DNA of 64,000 nucleotides from an uncultured Chloroflexia bacterium (GCA_963768655.1 CAVYIM010000007.1:96001-160000), one strand, 5' to 3'; shown: positions 33,728 through 44,732, counted from the stretch's first letter. The notes: generated by a model from the letters alone, not told the origin. Numbers and translations are program-made.

Positions 33728-36700
33728 CGGCACCTGCCCGCCTGCTCGCGCTCCGCCTGCAGGGCTTCAAGTCCTTCGGGGAGCGGACTCTCGTCGAGTT
33801 CGGACCCGGGATAAGCGCGGTGGTGGGCCCCAACGGTTCGGGCAAGAGCAATCTCGCCGACGCGCTGCGCTGGGCCCTGGGCGAGCAGGGCAAGGCCCTG
33901 CGGCTGCGTAAGTCCGAGGACGTCATCTTCGCCGGTTCGGAGAGGCGCTCCGCCCTCGGCATGGCCGACGTCACTCTCGTCTTCGGCAACGGCGACCGCC
34001 TCCTTCCGATCGACTACGAAACGGTCGAGCTTGGACGGCGGCTCTTCCGCTCCGGTGAGAACGACTACCTGCTGAACAAGCAACGCGTCCGCCTCACGGA
34101 TCTGGTCGACCTGCTCGACGCTGCCCATCTGGCCGACAACGCCTTCCTGTTCATCGGCCAGGGCATGGTCGACCAGGCCCTGGCCCTTCGACCCGAAGAG
34201 CGGCGGCCCCTCTTCGAGGAAGTCGCAGGCGTGCGTCGGCACGAGCGGCGCAAGACCAGGGCCGAGGACCAGCTGATCGAAGCGGAAGCGAATCTGGCTC
34301 GGGTCGAGGACGTCCTGGCCGAGCTGCGGCCCCAGGCCCGACGGCTGGCAGCCCAGGCCGAACAACAGGCCTCACGCCAGACGGCCGGGCGCGAATACGG
34401 TCGGGCGATCATCGCTCTGGCGCGTTCGCGTTGGGTCGACGCAGCCGGGCGGTTGCGGGAGGCCGAGCGGCAGCTGGGCGCGGGCCGGAGCGATGCTGAC
34501 GCTTCGCTGACGGCGTTGCGAGAGGCCGAGGCGCGGTCCGCCACCATCGCGCGCGATCTGGCATCGCGGTCGGAGACGGAGGCCGAATGTCGAGCCGCGC
34601 ACGAGGCGGCGCGGGGGCTGCTGACCGAGCTGCAGCTTCGCGATGCGAGGGCCGCGAGCGACGCGGCCGGCGCTCAGCGCGACCGTGCCCGGCTCGATGC
34701 CGAGCTGGCTGAGGCGGAGGCCGATCTCGCCGTCCAGCGACGCGAGATGGGGGCTCCGGTGCCGACCCGCGACCTGGCCCTGTCGGGCTCGGTGGCGGAG
34801 GCGGAGCGGGCACTCGGCGAGGCTCTCGAAGAGCTGGGCGCCATGAGGGCGGCAAGACTGGCCGAGGGCGAGGCCCTCGCGGCGCTGAAGCGCGTGGAGG
34901 CGGCGCGGGCCGTTGAGCTCGAGACCGTGCGCCGGCGGCTGGGCGAGGCGTCTCGAGCAGCGGCGGACGAGCGAGCCGCGGCCGATGAGGCGGCCAGCCG
35001 GCTGTCGGATGCCGAGGCCGCGTGCGCGGCCCCACGGGCAGCGGCGGCGGCCGCGGCGGACGCGGAGAAGGTCGCCGTGGCCGCGCGTGAGAGGGCGCGG
35101 GCGGAACTCGATGCCCTGGAGGGCGCGCGTCAGGCCGCGGCCGAACGCGCCGGCTCGACTGCGAGCAAGGCGGCGAGCCTGCGGGGACGCTGTGAGGCGG
35201 TGCAGACCCGGCTGGCCGAAGAGGAGGCGCGCGGCATCGCAAAGGCCGCGAAGCGCCTTGGCGGGAGGCCGCTGGCTGAGGGTCTGGAGGTCGAGGCCGG
35301 ATTCCGGGTTGCCGTGGAGGCGGCCCTGGGCGAGGCGATGCGCGGCTACGTCATGGGTCGCGCAGGCGTGATGGGCCTCGACGGACAGCGCGGGACCCTG
35401 GTCCTCGAGGGCACCGAGGCGGGCGGTGCTGGGGGCGGCGCTCCTACAGGCGCCGCTGCCGGCGCTGCTGCGGGCGCGGGCCGCGCCGCCGCCAGGGCGG
35501 CTGAACGAGCGGCGGGGCGCATCGCCGAAGCGGGCGAGGCGGCGATTGCCGCAGCCGAGGGCCACGGCGGCGGCAAGCTCGTCGACGCGGTCCGCGTGGA
35601 TCCCAACGGGGCGGCGACGCGGCTGCTGGCACAGGCGGTGTGGCTACCGGACCTGAACGCGGTGCTGGCCGTGCAACCGAGCCTGGCCGCGGGCTGGATC
35701 GCCGTGACGCGAGACGGCGCCGTGGCGACGGCAACGGGCGTCGTGACGCTCGGCCGCTCCGAGTCGCTGCTGGATCGGCGGGCTGAGCTGGAGCGGCTGG
35801 GCGAGGAAGTCGCGCGCCTCGAGGTCGACGCTCGGACGGCGGCGGCAGAGGCAGCCACCGCCACGCTGAGCGCCGCCGCCGCTCGCAGCGCTCTGGATTC
35901 CGCGCGCGAGGCGGAACGCGGGGCCGGACTTGCCCGACGAGAGGCCGAGGACGCGGAGCGGCGCGCGACGCGCGTCCTGGAGAATGTTGCCCGAGAAGCG
36001 GCCTGGCGAGCGGCCCAGGCGGCGCACGCGGAGGCCGAGCGGGACCGCCTGGCGGCCGCGGTCCGCGAGGCGGAAGCCGCCGCCACTCCTGGCGGCGCGG
36101 CCGGTCCCACGGCGGTTGCGGCCGCGGGCGCCGCCACTCCCCCCGGCGCCGCCACCAAGCCCGGCATTCCCGCCGAATCCCAGCAGGTCGGCGCCCTGCG
36201 CGAGTGGGAGGCTCGCGCCGCGTCGCTGCGTGCCCGTCGCGACCAGCTTGCCGCCGAAGAGGCCATGCTCGAGGTCGTTCGCCGCGAAGCCGAGGGCCGC
36301 CGCGCCCGCGCCGCCGCGGCCGCCGAGTTCGACCAGACCCGCATCATCGCGCTGGAACGCCAGGCCGCCGAGCTCGCCGTGCGCGAGCGCGCCATCGCCA
36401 CGGAACGCGCGGGGCTGGGCGAGGGCCTGGCCGCAGCCGGCCGACGCGAGGCCTCCCTGCGCGCCGAGCTGGACGAGATTCGCAGCGCCGAGGCTGCGGC
36501 ACGCGCCCGGCTGGCTGAAGCCGAGAACGCCGCCGCGCACGCGCGCGAGCGCCTTCGCGCTTGCCAGGAGCGGGTCCGCAACGCCGAGGTGGCCGAGCTC
36601 GAAGCGCGCCTCGGCCTCGATGCCATCCGAGAGCAGGTGTGCGTCGAGCTGGCCGGTCTGGGCGATCTCGGCCTGCGCCTGCTCGCGATCGAGAGCGACA

Positions 36701-37536
36701 CCGACGAGGACGTTGGCGGGGCGGCGCCGACCGCGGACCGGTTCGGTGCCGACGAAGACACCGACAATTCGACCGCCGACTCTCTCGAGGGTGCCCTCGC
36801 CGCCGCGGCCGAGCGCTGGGTCGAAGGCCCGGCCGTCGAGCCGCCCGCCGCGGCCCGACTCGCCGCCCTGCGGCGTCGCTTCCACGAGCTCGGTGCGCCG
36901 AACCCGTTCGCGGCCGAGGAGTACCAGACCGTCAGGGCACGGCTCGACGGGCTCGAAACGCAGCGCGCCGATCTGACCGACGCGATCGCCAAGACCCGCG
37001 CCCTGATCGAGCAGCTGAACGTGATGATCTCCACGCAGTTCCGTACCACGTTCGAGGCCCTGGAAACCGCTTTCGACGGGCGATTCCGCCAGCTATTCGG
37101 GGGCGGCTTCGCGCGCCTCAGCCTGACCGATCCCGATGACCTCAGCGCGACCGGCATCGAAATCGTCGCCCGGCCGCCCGGTAAGAAGATGCAGCCGCTG
37201 AGCATGCTCTCCGGCGGCGAGCGAGCGTTGACGGCCGTGGCTCTGCTGTTCGCCATGCTCGAGGTCCACCCCGTCCCGTTCTGCGTTCTCGACGAGGTCG
37301 ACGCGGCCCTGGACGAGGCCAACGTCGGGCGCTTCGCCGAGGCGCTTCGAGGCCTGGCCGACCAGACGCAGTTCATCGTGATCACGCACAATCGCGGCAC
37401 GATCGAGAGCGCCGACGCCCTCTACGGCGTGACGGTCGGCGACGACGCGGTCAGTCGCGTCATCAGCCTTCGCCTGGAGGAGGCCCGCGAGCTGGCCGAT
37501 CAGGTGGCGCGCAAGAACGCCGCGAACGCCGGCTGA
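33724..37536 (+). CDS. smc: Chromosome segregation protein SMC
   Basis: GFKSF, GPNGSGKSN, long coiled coils, hinge (AVEAALG), LSGGE, LDEVDAALD, ITHN. Confidence 0.96.
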   Translation: MTAPARLLALRLQGFKSFGERTLVEFGPGISAVVGPNGSGKSNLADALRWALGEQGKALRLRKSEDVIFAGSERRSALGMADVTLVFGNGDRLLPIDYETVELGRRLFRSGENDYLLNKQRVRLTDLVDLLDAAHLADNAFLFIGQGMVDQALALRPEERRPLFEEVAGVRRHERRKTRAEDQLIEAEANLARVEDVLAELRPQARRLAAQAEQQASRQTAGREYGRAIIALARSRWVDAAGRLREAERQLGAGRSDADASLTALREAEARSATIARDLASRSETEAECRAAHEAARGLLTELQLRDARAASDAAGAQRDRARLDAELAEAEADLAVQRREMGAPVPTRDLALSGSVAEAERALGEALEELGAMRAARLAEGEALAALKRVEAARAVELETVRRRLGEASRAAADERAAADEAASRLSDAEAACAAPRAAAAAAADAEKVAVAARERARAELDALEGARQAAAERAGSTASKAASLRGRCEAVQTRLAEEEARGIAKAAKRLGGRPLAEGLEVEAGFRVAVEAALGEAMRGYVMGRAGVMGLDGQRGTLVLEGTEAGGAGGGAPTGAAAGAAAGAGRAAARAAERAAGRIAEAGEAAIAAAEGHGGGKLVDAVRVDPNGAATRLLAQAVWLPDLNAVLAVQPSLAAGWIAVTRDGAVATATGVVTLGRSESLLDRRAELERLGEEVARLEVDARTAAAEAATATLSAAAARSALDSAREAERGAGLARREAEDAERRATRVLENVAREAAWRAAQAAHAEAERDRLAAAVREAEAAATPGGAAGPTAVAAAGAATPPGAATKPGIPAESQQVGALREWEARAASLRARRDQLAAEEAMLEVVRREAEGRRARAAAAAEFDQTRIIALERQAAELAVRERAIATERAGLGEGLAAAGRREASLRAELDEIRSAEAAARARLAEAENAAAHARERLRACQERVRNAEVAELEARLGLDAIREQVCVELAGLGDLGLRLLAIESDTDEDVGGAAPTADRFGADEDTDNSTADSLEGALAAAAERWVEGPAVEPPAAARLAALRRRFHELGAPNPFAAEEYQTVRARLDGLETQRADLTDAIAKTRALIEQLNVMISTQFRTTFEALETAFDGRFRQLFGGGFARLSLTDPDDLSATGIEIVARPPGKKMQPLSMLSGGERALTAVALLFAMLEVHPVPFCVLDEVDAALDEANVGRFAEALRGLADQTQFIVITHNRGTIESADALYGVTVGDDAVSRVISLRLEEARELADQVARKNAANAG

Positions 37537-37547
37537 GGTATCGAGCC

Positions 37548-38639
37548 ATGTTCCATTTCCGTAAGCCGAAGGCGCCCGAGGTCGAGGCCGAACCGGTCGT
37601 CGAGCCGGCGGTCGAGCCTTCGGCCGAGTGGGAGGTCGAGCCGTCGACGTCCGAGCCTTCGGTCGAACCTGCCGTCGAGCCTTCGGTCGAACCTCCGGCT
37701 CCCGCTCCGGTCGAACCTCCGGCTTCCGCGCCGGCCGAAACCGACGAGACTCCCGGCGACCTGACCGAAGGTCTACAGAAGACTCGCGGCGGCTTCATGT
37801 CGCGGCTGCGAGGGCTGCTCAAAGGTGGTCCCGCCGCGGCCGACTGGGATTCGGTCGAAGAGCTGCTGATCGGCGGCGACGTGGGCGGCGCGCTCGCGGC
37901 CGACGTCGTCGAGCGGGCCCGCGCCCGCAAGGACGCCCCCAGCGCCGAAGCCGCCGTTCGCGCGGAGCTCGCGGCGCTGCTGATCCCAGGCGACCCGAGC
38001 TGGCGTCCGGGACGCGCCGGGCCGGACCAGCCCGCCGTCCTGCTGATGGTCGGCGTCAACGGCACGGGCAAGACCACGACCATCGGCAAGCTCGCCCACC
38101 GCTACCGCGCCGAGGGAAGCAGCGTCCTGCTGGCCGCCGCCGACACGTTCCGCGCCGCTGCGATTGACCAGCTGCGCATCTGGTCGGATCGCTCGGGCTG
38201 CCAGTTCGTGGCCCACGCCCCCGGCGCCGACCCGGCGGCCGTCGTCTACGACGCCATCGATGCCGCCGTCGCCCGCCACGTGGACATCGTCATCGCCGAC
38301 ACCGCCGGCCGCCTCCACACCAAGTCGAACCTGATGGACGAGCTGGCCAAGATGCGCCGCGTCATCGACCGCCGCCTGCCCGGCGCCGCGCCCGAGGTCC
38401 TGTTCGTCCTCGACGCCACGACCGGCCAGAACGGCCTGGCCCAGGCGAAGGTCTTCCACGAAACCGTCGGCCTCACCGGCATCGTCCTGACCAAGCTCGA
38501 CTCGACCGCCAAGGGCGGCATCGTCTTCGCCATCGAGGACACCCTTCATGTGCCCGTCCGCTTCGTCGGAGTGGGGGAGAAGCTCGGCGACCTGCTGCCG
38601 TTCGACCCCGCGGCTTTCGTCGGCGCGCTGTTCGCCTGA
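37548..38639 (+). CDS. ftsY: SRP receptor FtsY with a VEP(S/A)-repeat acidic N-terminus
   Basis: [30 protein letters not shown]. Confidence 0.97.
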   Translation: MFHFRKPKAPEVEAEPVVEPAVEPSAEWEVEPSTSEPSVEPAVEPSVEPPAPAPVEPPASAPAETDETPGDLTEGLQKTRGGFMSRLRGLLKGGPAAADWDSVEELLIGGDVGGALAADVVERARARKDAPSAEAAVRAELAALLIPGDPSWRPGRAGPDQPAVLLMVGVNGTGKTTTIGKLAHRYRAEGSSVLLAAADTFRAAAIDQLRIWSDRSGCQFVAHAPGADPAAVVYDAIDAAVARHVDIVIADTAGRLHTKSNLMDELAKMRRVIDRRLPGAAPEVLFVLDATTGQNGLAQAKVFHETVGLTGIVLTKLDSTAKGGIVFAIEDTLHVPVRFVGVGEKLGDLLPFDPAAFVGALFA

Positions 38640-39259
38640 GATCGAAGCAACTCTGGGCGACTCGTGAAGCGGGCGCGGCGTCCCAACAGCCCGCGTCGGC
38701 GATCGAGAGGCCAGCGCATGCTCCGGACCAGTGAGAGCCTGATTCTGCGCGGCAGGCGCCCGAGCAGCCCGGTGCTCACCAGGTGAGCACGTCCGACCGG
38801 GTGACGCCCAGAGGAGACCGGCGGGCGTCGAATGTGATGGCTGTGTGGACACTTCCGACGAGCGCCCGCTCCTATGGGCCCGATTCTCGAGTCGCCTGGT
38901 CAAGCCTGTATGTCTGGCCGCGCAAATCCGACGAGTGAGTTCAGCAGCGCGTCGCGCCTGGTCGCGCGTGCTCGGCGGGCGAGCATCAAGGGCGGGTACC
39001 CGGCCTCGTGGTCACGTTCCCATATCTATCCGGGCAGAATCCACGGATGGTGGGGACCTTCTCCGTGCGGCTCGCGCCCGCGGCTCGCGCGTGCGGCTCG
39101 CACCAGCGCCGCGCCAGACAGCCGCCGCCGCTCCGCCCCTGTCCACCTCACGTTTGATGCGGTACACTCCGCGAGCTTTCGGTGCCGCCAGAATCCGCGG
39201 CCCAACGCCGGTCCAGATTGCCTCGGGCCGGCGGGACGGATCAGGAGTCCACGCCACCA

Positions 39260-40591
39260 ATGTTCGACGCGCTGAGCGAGCGGCTGCGCAAGACCCTCGG
39301 TGCCCTGACGGGTCGCGGGCGAGTCAGCGAAGCCGACGTCGACGCCGCCATGCGCGAGGTGCGGCTGGCGCTGCTCGAGGCGGACGTCAATTTCAAGGTC
39401 GTCAAGGATTTCGTAGCTCGGGTGCGCGAGCGCGCGACCGGCGCCGAGATTCTCGAGAGCCTGACCGCCGGCCAGCAGGTCGTGAAGATCGTCGACGAGG
39501 AGCTCGTCGCGCTCCTGTCCGCGGGCGATCGAACCTTCCATCTCACCGGGAACCCCGCGGTGATCGTCCTCGTCGGCCTGCAGGGCTCCGGCAAGACGAC
39601 CAGCGCCGCCAAGCTGGCCCGCCTCATGGTCAAGCAGGGCCGCCGTCCGATCATGGTCGCGGCGGACCCCTACCGACCTGCCGCCGCCGACCAGCTGGCA
39701 ACGCTCGGCAAGTCTCTGGACGTGCCCGTCTTCCGCGCCCAGGCCGGCACGACGGTCCTGGCCATCGCCAGGGGCGGCATGGAGGCTGCCCGCAAGCAGG
39801 TCCGCGATACCGTCATCCTCGACACCGCCGGCCGGCTCACCGTCGACGAGGCTCTCATGAAGGAGATTGCCGACCTGACCGCTGCGCTCAAGCCCGCCGA
39901 GACGCTTCTCGTGGTCGACGCGATGACCGGCCAGGAAGCGGTTCACGTGGCCGAGGCGTTCGCGGCTGCGGTGCCGGTCACCGGGCTGGTCCTGACCAAG
40001 ATCGACGGCGACGCCCGCGGCGGAGCCGCGCTGAGCATCAGCGCCGTTACCGGCCTGCCGGTCAAGTTCCTGGGCACCGGCGAGAAGACCGACGCGCTGG
40101 AGCCGTTCCATCCGGACCGGCTGGCCGGTCGAATTCTGGGCATGGGCGACGTTCTTACGCTCATAGAGCGGGCCCAGGAGACCTACGACGAGAAGCAAAC
40201 GGCCCGCATGACCGAGAAGCTGCGCAAGAACAGCTTCACCCTGGAGGACATGCTCGAGCAGATGGAGCAGGTCCAGAAGATGGGGCCGATGGGCCAGTTG
40301 ATCGAAATGATCCCGGGCCTCGGTGGTGTCGCCAAGCAGGCCCAGGCCGCGGTAGACCGGGGCGACCTGCGGCGCGTCCAGGCGATCATTCGGTCGATGA
40401 CGCCGGAGGAACGGCGGGACCCGAACGTCCTCAACGGTTCGCGCAGGCGCCGGATTGCCAACGGCTCCGGGACCCGCCTGCAGGATGTGAACCAACTCGT
40501 CAAGCAATTTGGTGAGCTTCAGAAGATGATGAAACAGATGTCGAGCGGCCGGTTCGCCCGGCGCATTCCCGGAATGCCCGGGAAGGCTTGA
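39260..40591 (+). CDS. ffh: Signal recognition particle protein
   Basis: AGGAG SD; MFDALSERL, GLQGSGKTT, DTAGR, TKIDGDARGG, M domain. Confidence 0.98.
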   Translation: MFDALSERLRKTLGALTGRGRVSEADVDAAMREVRLALLEADVNFKVVKDFVARVRERATGAEILESLTAGQQVVKIVDEELVALLSAGDRTFHLTGNPAVIVLVGLQGSGKTTSAAKLARLMVKQGRRPIMVAADPYRPAAADQLATLGKSLDVPVFRAQAGTTVLAIARGGMEAARKQVRDTVILDTAGRLTVDEALMKEIADLTAALKPAETLLVVDAMTGQEAVHVAEAFAAAVPVTGLVLTKIDGDARGGAALSISAVTGLPVKFLGTGEKTDALEPFHPDRLAGRILGMGDVLTLIERAQETYDEKQTARMTEKLRKNSFTLEDMLEQMEQVQKMGPMGQLIEMIPGLGGVAKQAQAAVDRGDLRRVQAIIRSMTPEERRDPNVLNGSRRRRIANGSGTRLQDVNQLVKQFGELQKMMKQMSSGRFARRIPGMPGKA

Positions 40592-42462
40592 GAGGGAGGT
40601 TTGCCGTAAATCAACAGCAGTACCCCGCGGGCTCGCCGGAGCCCTTTGCCGGACCGGTGGCGCCGCAGGGCGCGCCGATGGCTCGCCTCGAGCCGATCGG
40701 CGAGACCTGGGCCAGCGGCGTCGGCCCGGTCAGGCTCGGATCGGGGACCAGCCGGTTCCGCTGGGCGATAGCCCTGGGCGTCGTTCTATGCGTTGCGCTC
40801 GTGACCGTGGGTGGGGCATTCGTCCTGTCCGGAGCCGGCGGTGCTGCCAAGTCGCTGACCGCCGGCAGCGCGCCCAAGGCGACGATCATGTTCGTGGACG
40901 TGCGTACTGACCTGCCGGGCGACCAGCATGAGAAGCTGGCCGATTTCATGAGCCACTTTCCTGGCTTTGCCGACCGGGCCCAGTTCGACAATGCCTACGA
41001 TGAGATTCTCAACGAGATCACCAGCGCGATCTCGCCCGACCTGACTTACACGTCGGCATTCCAGAGCTGGACGACCGGCGAGCTCTCGGTGGCCGTGACG
41101 AGTCTGGGCAGCGCCGGCATGACCAGCTTGACTCAGGGCATCGGCTCCTTCCCAACGGATGCGTCGGGCAACATCACGAGCCCGTTGATGATCCCGGATG
41201 TCGCGTCCACGCCGCCCAGCGGAGCGCTCATCGTCGCGCTCAAGGATCGGGCCGCAGGCGAGACGTGGGTCAGCTCGGAGATCGCCAGGACCGGAATCCC
41301 GTTCACATCGCAGAGCTATGACGGCACGACGCTGTACGTGGCCCAGAAGCCTGTCGAGGGTATGACCGCGGCCTACGCCTTCACCGACAAGGTTCTGCTG
41401 GCGGGTGACGTGGCCGCCGTCAAGGCCGGGCTCGATGCCCCGACCAAGGGATCTCTCGCGGACAACGCCAACTACCAGGCCGCCGTTCATTCGCTTTCGG
41501 GTGACTGCATCGCGACGTTTTACATGGACCCGCAGGCATTCCTGCAGTCGACGATGACCGACCTGTCGGCTCTGGGTGACCTGTCGGCCGGGGGGATGAA
41601 CCTGACGGCGGCGGACATGCCGGCGTGGGTGGTGGGCTCGGTGCGAGCCGAGTCGGGCTACATGACCGTCTCGACGACCATGCCCAAGGTGAAGGGGACG
41701 CCCAGCCCGGGCAACGATGTGTCGGCGGTGGCTTCCGATCTGCCCGGCTCTACAGTCGGCGTCATCGAGGTTCATTCGCTCGGCCAGCTCGTTGACGATG
41801 AGTTGAAGACGCTCGAGAATTCGGCCCTCGCGTCTGCGGCGCCCGACTCAATCCAGCAGGTCCAGGACGCTCTGTCCCAGATCGGCGGCATCGACTGGAT
41901 CGGCGACGCCGACGTAGTTGTGACCAAGAATGGCTCGTCGTACGGCGGCGGGCTGGTCGTCAGGACTCCCGACAGCTCGACCGCGACCGCGAAGATGGCG
42001 ATGATCACCAACCTGATCACGCTCGCCGGCCTCGGGAGCTCTGGCATCACCCAGTCCGACGAGACGTACAAGGGCGCGACGATCACGACCGTACACATCG
42101 CCGGCAGTGAAGGCATCTCGCCGGAGGCAATGACTCTTGCCATCGCCACTAAGGGCGACCTGCTGGTGGCCGGTTACGGCGACGCGTTCGTCAAAGCGGT
42201 CCTCGACACCACGTCGGCGGACTCGCTGGCGGCTCAGTCGGACTACCAGACGGTGATGGCCGCGGCCGGTCAGTCCAACATGGAGTACGGGTACTTCGAC
42301 ATCTCCGCGGTCGCCAACCAGATCGGTCAGGCCCTCTTCCCCTCAGACCCCGGTTACTACAACCTCAACTACAAGCCCTACGTCGATCACGTCGGAGGCG
42401 CTGCCTTCGCCGACATCGACGGCAGCACGGTTACCCTGCGATTCGTTTTCACGGCCAAGTAG
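40588..42462 (+). CDS. Membrane-anchored DUF3352-like protein (start uncertain)
   Basis: One N-terminal TM followed by two similar alpha/beta halves (SY(D/K)G.T...; SLA....YQ). Confidence 0.7.
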   Translation: MRGRFAVNQQQYPAGSPEPFAGPVAPQGAPMARLEPIGETWASGVGPVRLGSGTSRFRWAIALGVVLCVALVTVGGAFVLSGAGGAAKSLTAGSAPKATIMFVDVRTDLPGDQHEKLADFMSHFPGFADRAQFDNAYDEILNEITSAISPDLTYTSAFQSWTTGELSVAVTSLGSAGMTSLTQGIGSFPTDASGNITSPLMIPDVASTPPSGALIVALKDRAAGETWVSSEIARTGIPFTSQSYDGTTLYVAQKPVEGMTAAYAFTDKVLLAGDVAAVKAGLDAPTKGSLADNANYQAAVHSLSGDCIATFYMDPQAFLQSTMTDLSALGDLSAGGMNLTAADMPAWVVGSVRAESGYMTVSTTMPKVKGTPSPGNDVSAVASDLPGSTVGVIEVHSLGQLVDDELKTLENSALASAAPDSIQQVQDALSQIGGIDWIGDADVVVTKNGSSYGGGLVVRTPDSSTATAKMAMITNLITLAGLGSSGITQSDETYKGATITTVHIAGSEGISPEAMTLAIATKGDLLVAGYGDAFVKAVLDTTSADSLAAQSDYQTVMAAAGQSNMEYGYFDISAVANQIGQALFPSDPGYYNLNYKPYVDHVGGAAFADIDGSTVTLRFVFTAK

Positions 42463-42505
42463 GCCGGGCCCGAGTCGCCAGCACCCAGGAGGAGCACGCT
42501 CGCAC

Positions 42506-42784
42506 ATGGCAGTTCGAATCCGCCTCACCCGCGTCGGGGCCACCAAGCAGCCCGCCTACCGCATCGTTGTCACCGACAGCCGGAACGCCCGGGACAGCCG
42601 CGCCATCGAGACGATCGGCCACTACAACCCCAGGGTCCACCCGGTCGAGTTCGTCGTCGACGTCGACAAGGTCAAGAGCTGGCTGGCCAAGGGCGCCCAG
42701 CCTTCTGACACGGTGGCCCGTCTGCTCGAGGGCGCCGGCGTCCTGCCAAAGACGGAGCGAAAGGCAGCCCCAGTCGCCAAGTAG
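42506..42784 (+). CDS. rpsP: 30S ribosomal protein S16
   Basis: MAVRIRLTRVG..KQP.YRIVV.DSR..RD...IE.IG.YNP. Confidence 0.98.
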   Translation: MAVRIRLTRVGATKQPAYRIVVTDSRNARDSRAIETIGHYNPRVHPVEFVVDVDKVKSWLAKGAQPSDTVARLLEGAGVLPKTERKAAPVAK

Positions 42785-42859
42785 CCGGGTCCTGTGGCGG
42801 CTCGATGCCGCCCCGTCCCAGCTTGACGCGGAAAAGGGCACCACAAGAAGAGGTAGCCA

Positions 42860-43093
42860 ATGGCAGCCCAGGATCTCGTCGAATACGTCGCCCGCAACCT
42901 CGTGGACGACCCAGACTCCGTTCAGGTTGAAGTCCACACCGGCCCGGATGGGACGGTCATCGAGCTCCACGTCGCCGAAGAGGACATGGGCAAGGTGATC
43001 GGCCGAAACGGCAGCGTCGCCAAGGCGCTGCGGACTCTGCTCAAGGTCATGTCCGCGCGCGACGGTGAAATCGTGTCGCTGGAGATCAGCTGA
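42860..43093 (+). CDS. khpA: KH-domain RNA-binding protein
   Basis: LVDDPD.V...DMGKVIGRNG..AKALRTLL; between rpsP and rimM. Confidence 0.95.
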   Translation: MAAQDLVEYVARNLVDDPDSVQVEVHTGPDGTVIELHVAEEDMGKVIGRNGSVAKALRTLLKVMSARDGEIVSLEIS

Positions 43094-43103
43094 GCATCCG
43101 GCC

Positions 43104-43658
43104 GTGACTGCCGGAGAGAGGCTCGTGGTGGCCCGCGTCCGGGGCTTCCACGGGCTGCGCGGGACGGTGCGGCTGGAGTCGCTCACCGACCGGGCAGAGA
43201 TGCGATTCGCCGTGGGCAGGTCGCTCTTCGTCGAGGGCAGCGACACCCCGCTGACGGTGGTCGAGTCGGAGCCCGACTCGCTTGGCTGGCGCGTGCGCTT
43301 CGCCGGGGTGACGGACCGGACGGCCGCCGAGGGCCTCCGCGACGCGTACCTCGAAGCGGTAGTAGCCCCGGGCGAAGAGTTGCCGCGAGGCGAGTTCTAC
43401 TGGCATCAGGTCATCGGCGCCGCGGTTGCGGACGTCGATGGCGGAGCACTCGGTGAGGTCGTCGACATCTACCGCGCCGGCGGCGCCGAGGTCATCGTCG
43501 TGTCGGGGCCCGCCGGCGAGCTGGATGTGCCGCTCGTCCGATCGGTCGTCCGGGTATTCGCGCCGGCCCGTGGGGAGATAGTGATCGACGGGGAGGCGCT
43601 GGGCCTGCGCGGCGCGGAGCCAGACGAGGACACCGTCGAGCCGGAGCCCGAGGCGTGA
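43104..43658 (+). CDS. rimM: Ribosome maturation factor RimM
   Basis: [25 protein letters not shown] barrel. Confidence 0.95.
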   Translation: MTAGERLVVARVRGFHGLRGTVRLESLTDRAEMRFAVGRSLFVEGSDTPLTVVESEPDSLGWRVRFAGVTDRTAAEGLRDAYLEAVVAPGEELPRGEFYWHQVIGAAVADVDGGALGEVVDIYRAGGAEVIVVSGPAGELDVPLVRSVVRVFAPARGEIVIDGEALGLRGAEPDEDTVEPEPEA

Positions 43659-44540
43659 CGACGGAGCCTTCGGCCACCGATGGCGACGTCGAACCCGCCG
43701 GCAAGCCGGTTCGGCCGCCGCTCGAGATCGAGCTGCTCACGCTCTTCCCGGCCATGCTCGAGGGACCCCTTTCCGAGAGCATTCCGGGGCGCGTTCAGGC
43801 TCGCGGCCTGGCCCAGGTCCGCATCCACGACATGCGCCATTGGGGCCTTGGCCGCCACAAGTCCGTCGACGACTACACCTACGGCGGGGGAGCGGGCATG
43901 GTCCTGCGCCCGGAGCCGGTGGCAGCTGCCCTGGACGAGCTCCGCCGGCCCGACAGCACGGCTATTCTGCTGGACCCGGGCGGCGAGGTCTTCGGGCAGG
44001 CGCGCGCCCACGACCTGGCGGAGCGCACGCACCTGGTCCTGCTCTGCCCCCGCTACGAGGGCGTCGACGAGCGAATCCGCTCCCTCGTGGACCTCGAGGT
44101 GTCGATCGGCGATTACGTGCTCTCGGGCGGCGAGATTCCCGCGCTGGTGGTCGTGGACACGATCCTGCGGCTGCTCCCAGGCGCCATCGACGCCGAAATC
44201 GACGGCCGAGGAGTCTTTCGCCGCCGGCCTGCTCGAGTACCCGCAGTACACCCGCCCGCCCGTGTTTCGCGATCTGGCCGTGCCGGCAGTCCTGACGAGC
44301 GGCCACCACGAAGCCGTCCGCAAGTGGCGCCTCAAGGAGTCGCTGCGCCGGACCTGGCGCCGCCGGCCGGATTTGCTCGAGGACAGGCCGATGACGCGCG
44401 AAGAGGCGAAGCTGCTGGCGGAGGTCAGCCACGAGGAGAGCGTCGCGGCGGCCGACGCGGCAGGAACGGCCGACGGCGCCGCGGCGCCGGGTCGCTCGGC
44501 GCCGTCTGCCCGCGAAACCGGAGAGTGGCCCGGAGAGTAG
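43655..44540 (+). CDS. trmD: tRNA (guanine-N1)-methyltransferase, +1 frameshift at 44196-44198
   Basis: [37 protein letters not shown]; second frame [31 protein letters not shown]. Confidence 0.95.
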
Positions 44541-44732
44541 CTTCTCGCCTGCCCGGCGCAATCTGCCGCAACCCGAACCGAGCCGCGACGGCGTCGGGTT
44601 GTGGTATCCTTCGCCGTCGGCCGCTCTGGCGGCCGCATTTCATGTGTCTTCATCGCAGCCGGGCTGCGGGCAACATCGGCTACTGAGCGCAGCCCCGCCG
44701 CTCGCGCAGCTTGACGAAGAGTAGGGAACGCC

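Noticed and set aside
37581-37725. Short repeats in ftsY (also 4221-4280 and the Ala/Gly-rich smc inserts) as CRISPR or mobile repeats
   Set aside because: In-frame low-complexity coding repeats with no unique spacers and no cas genes.
38640-39259. SRP (4.5S) RNA or ylxM between ftsY and ffh
   Set aside because: No CAGG...GNRA...AGCAG helix-8 motif recognised on either strand and no YlxM-like ORF.
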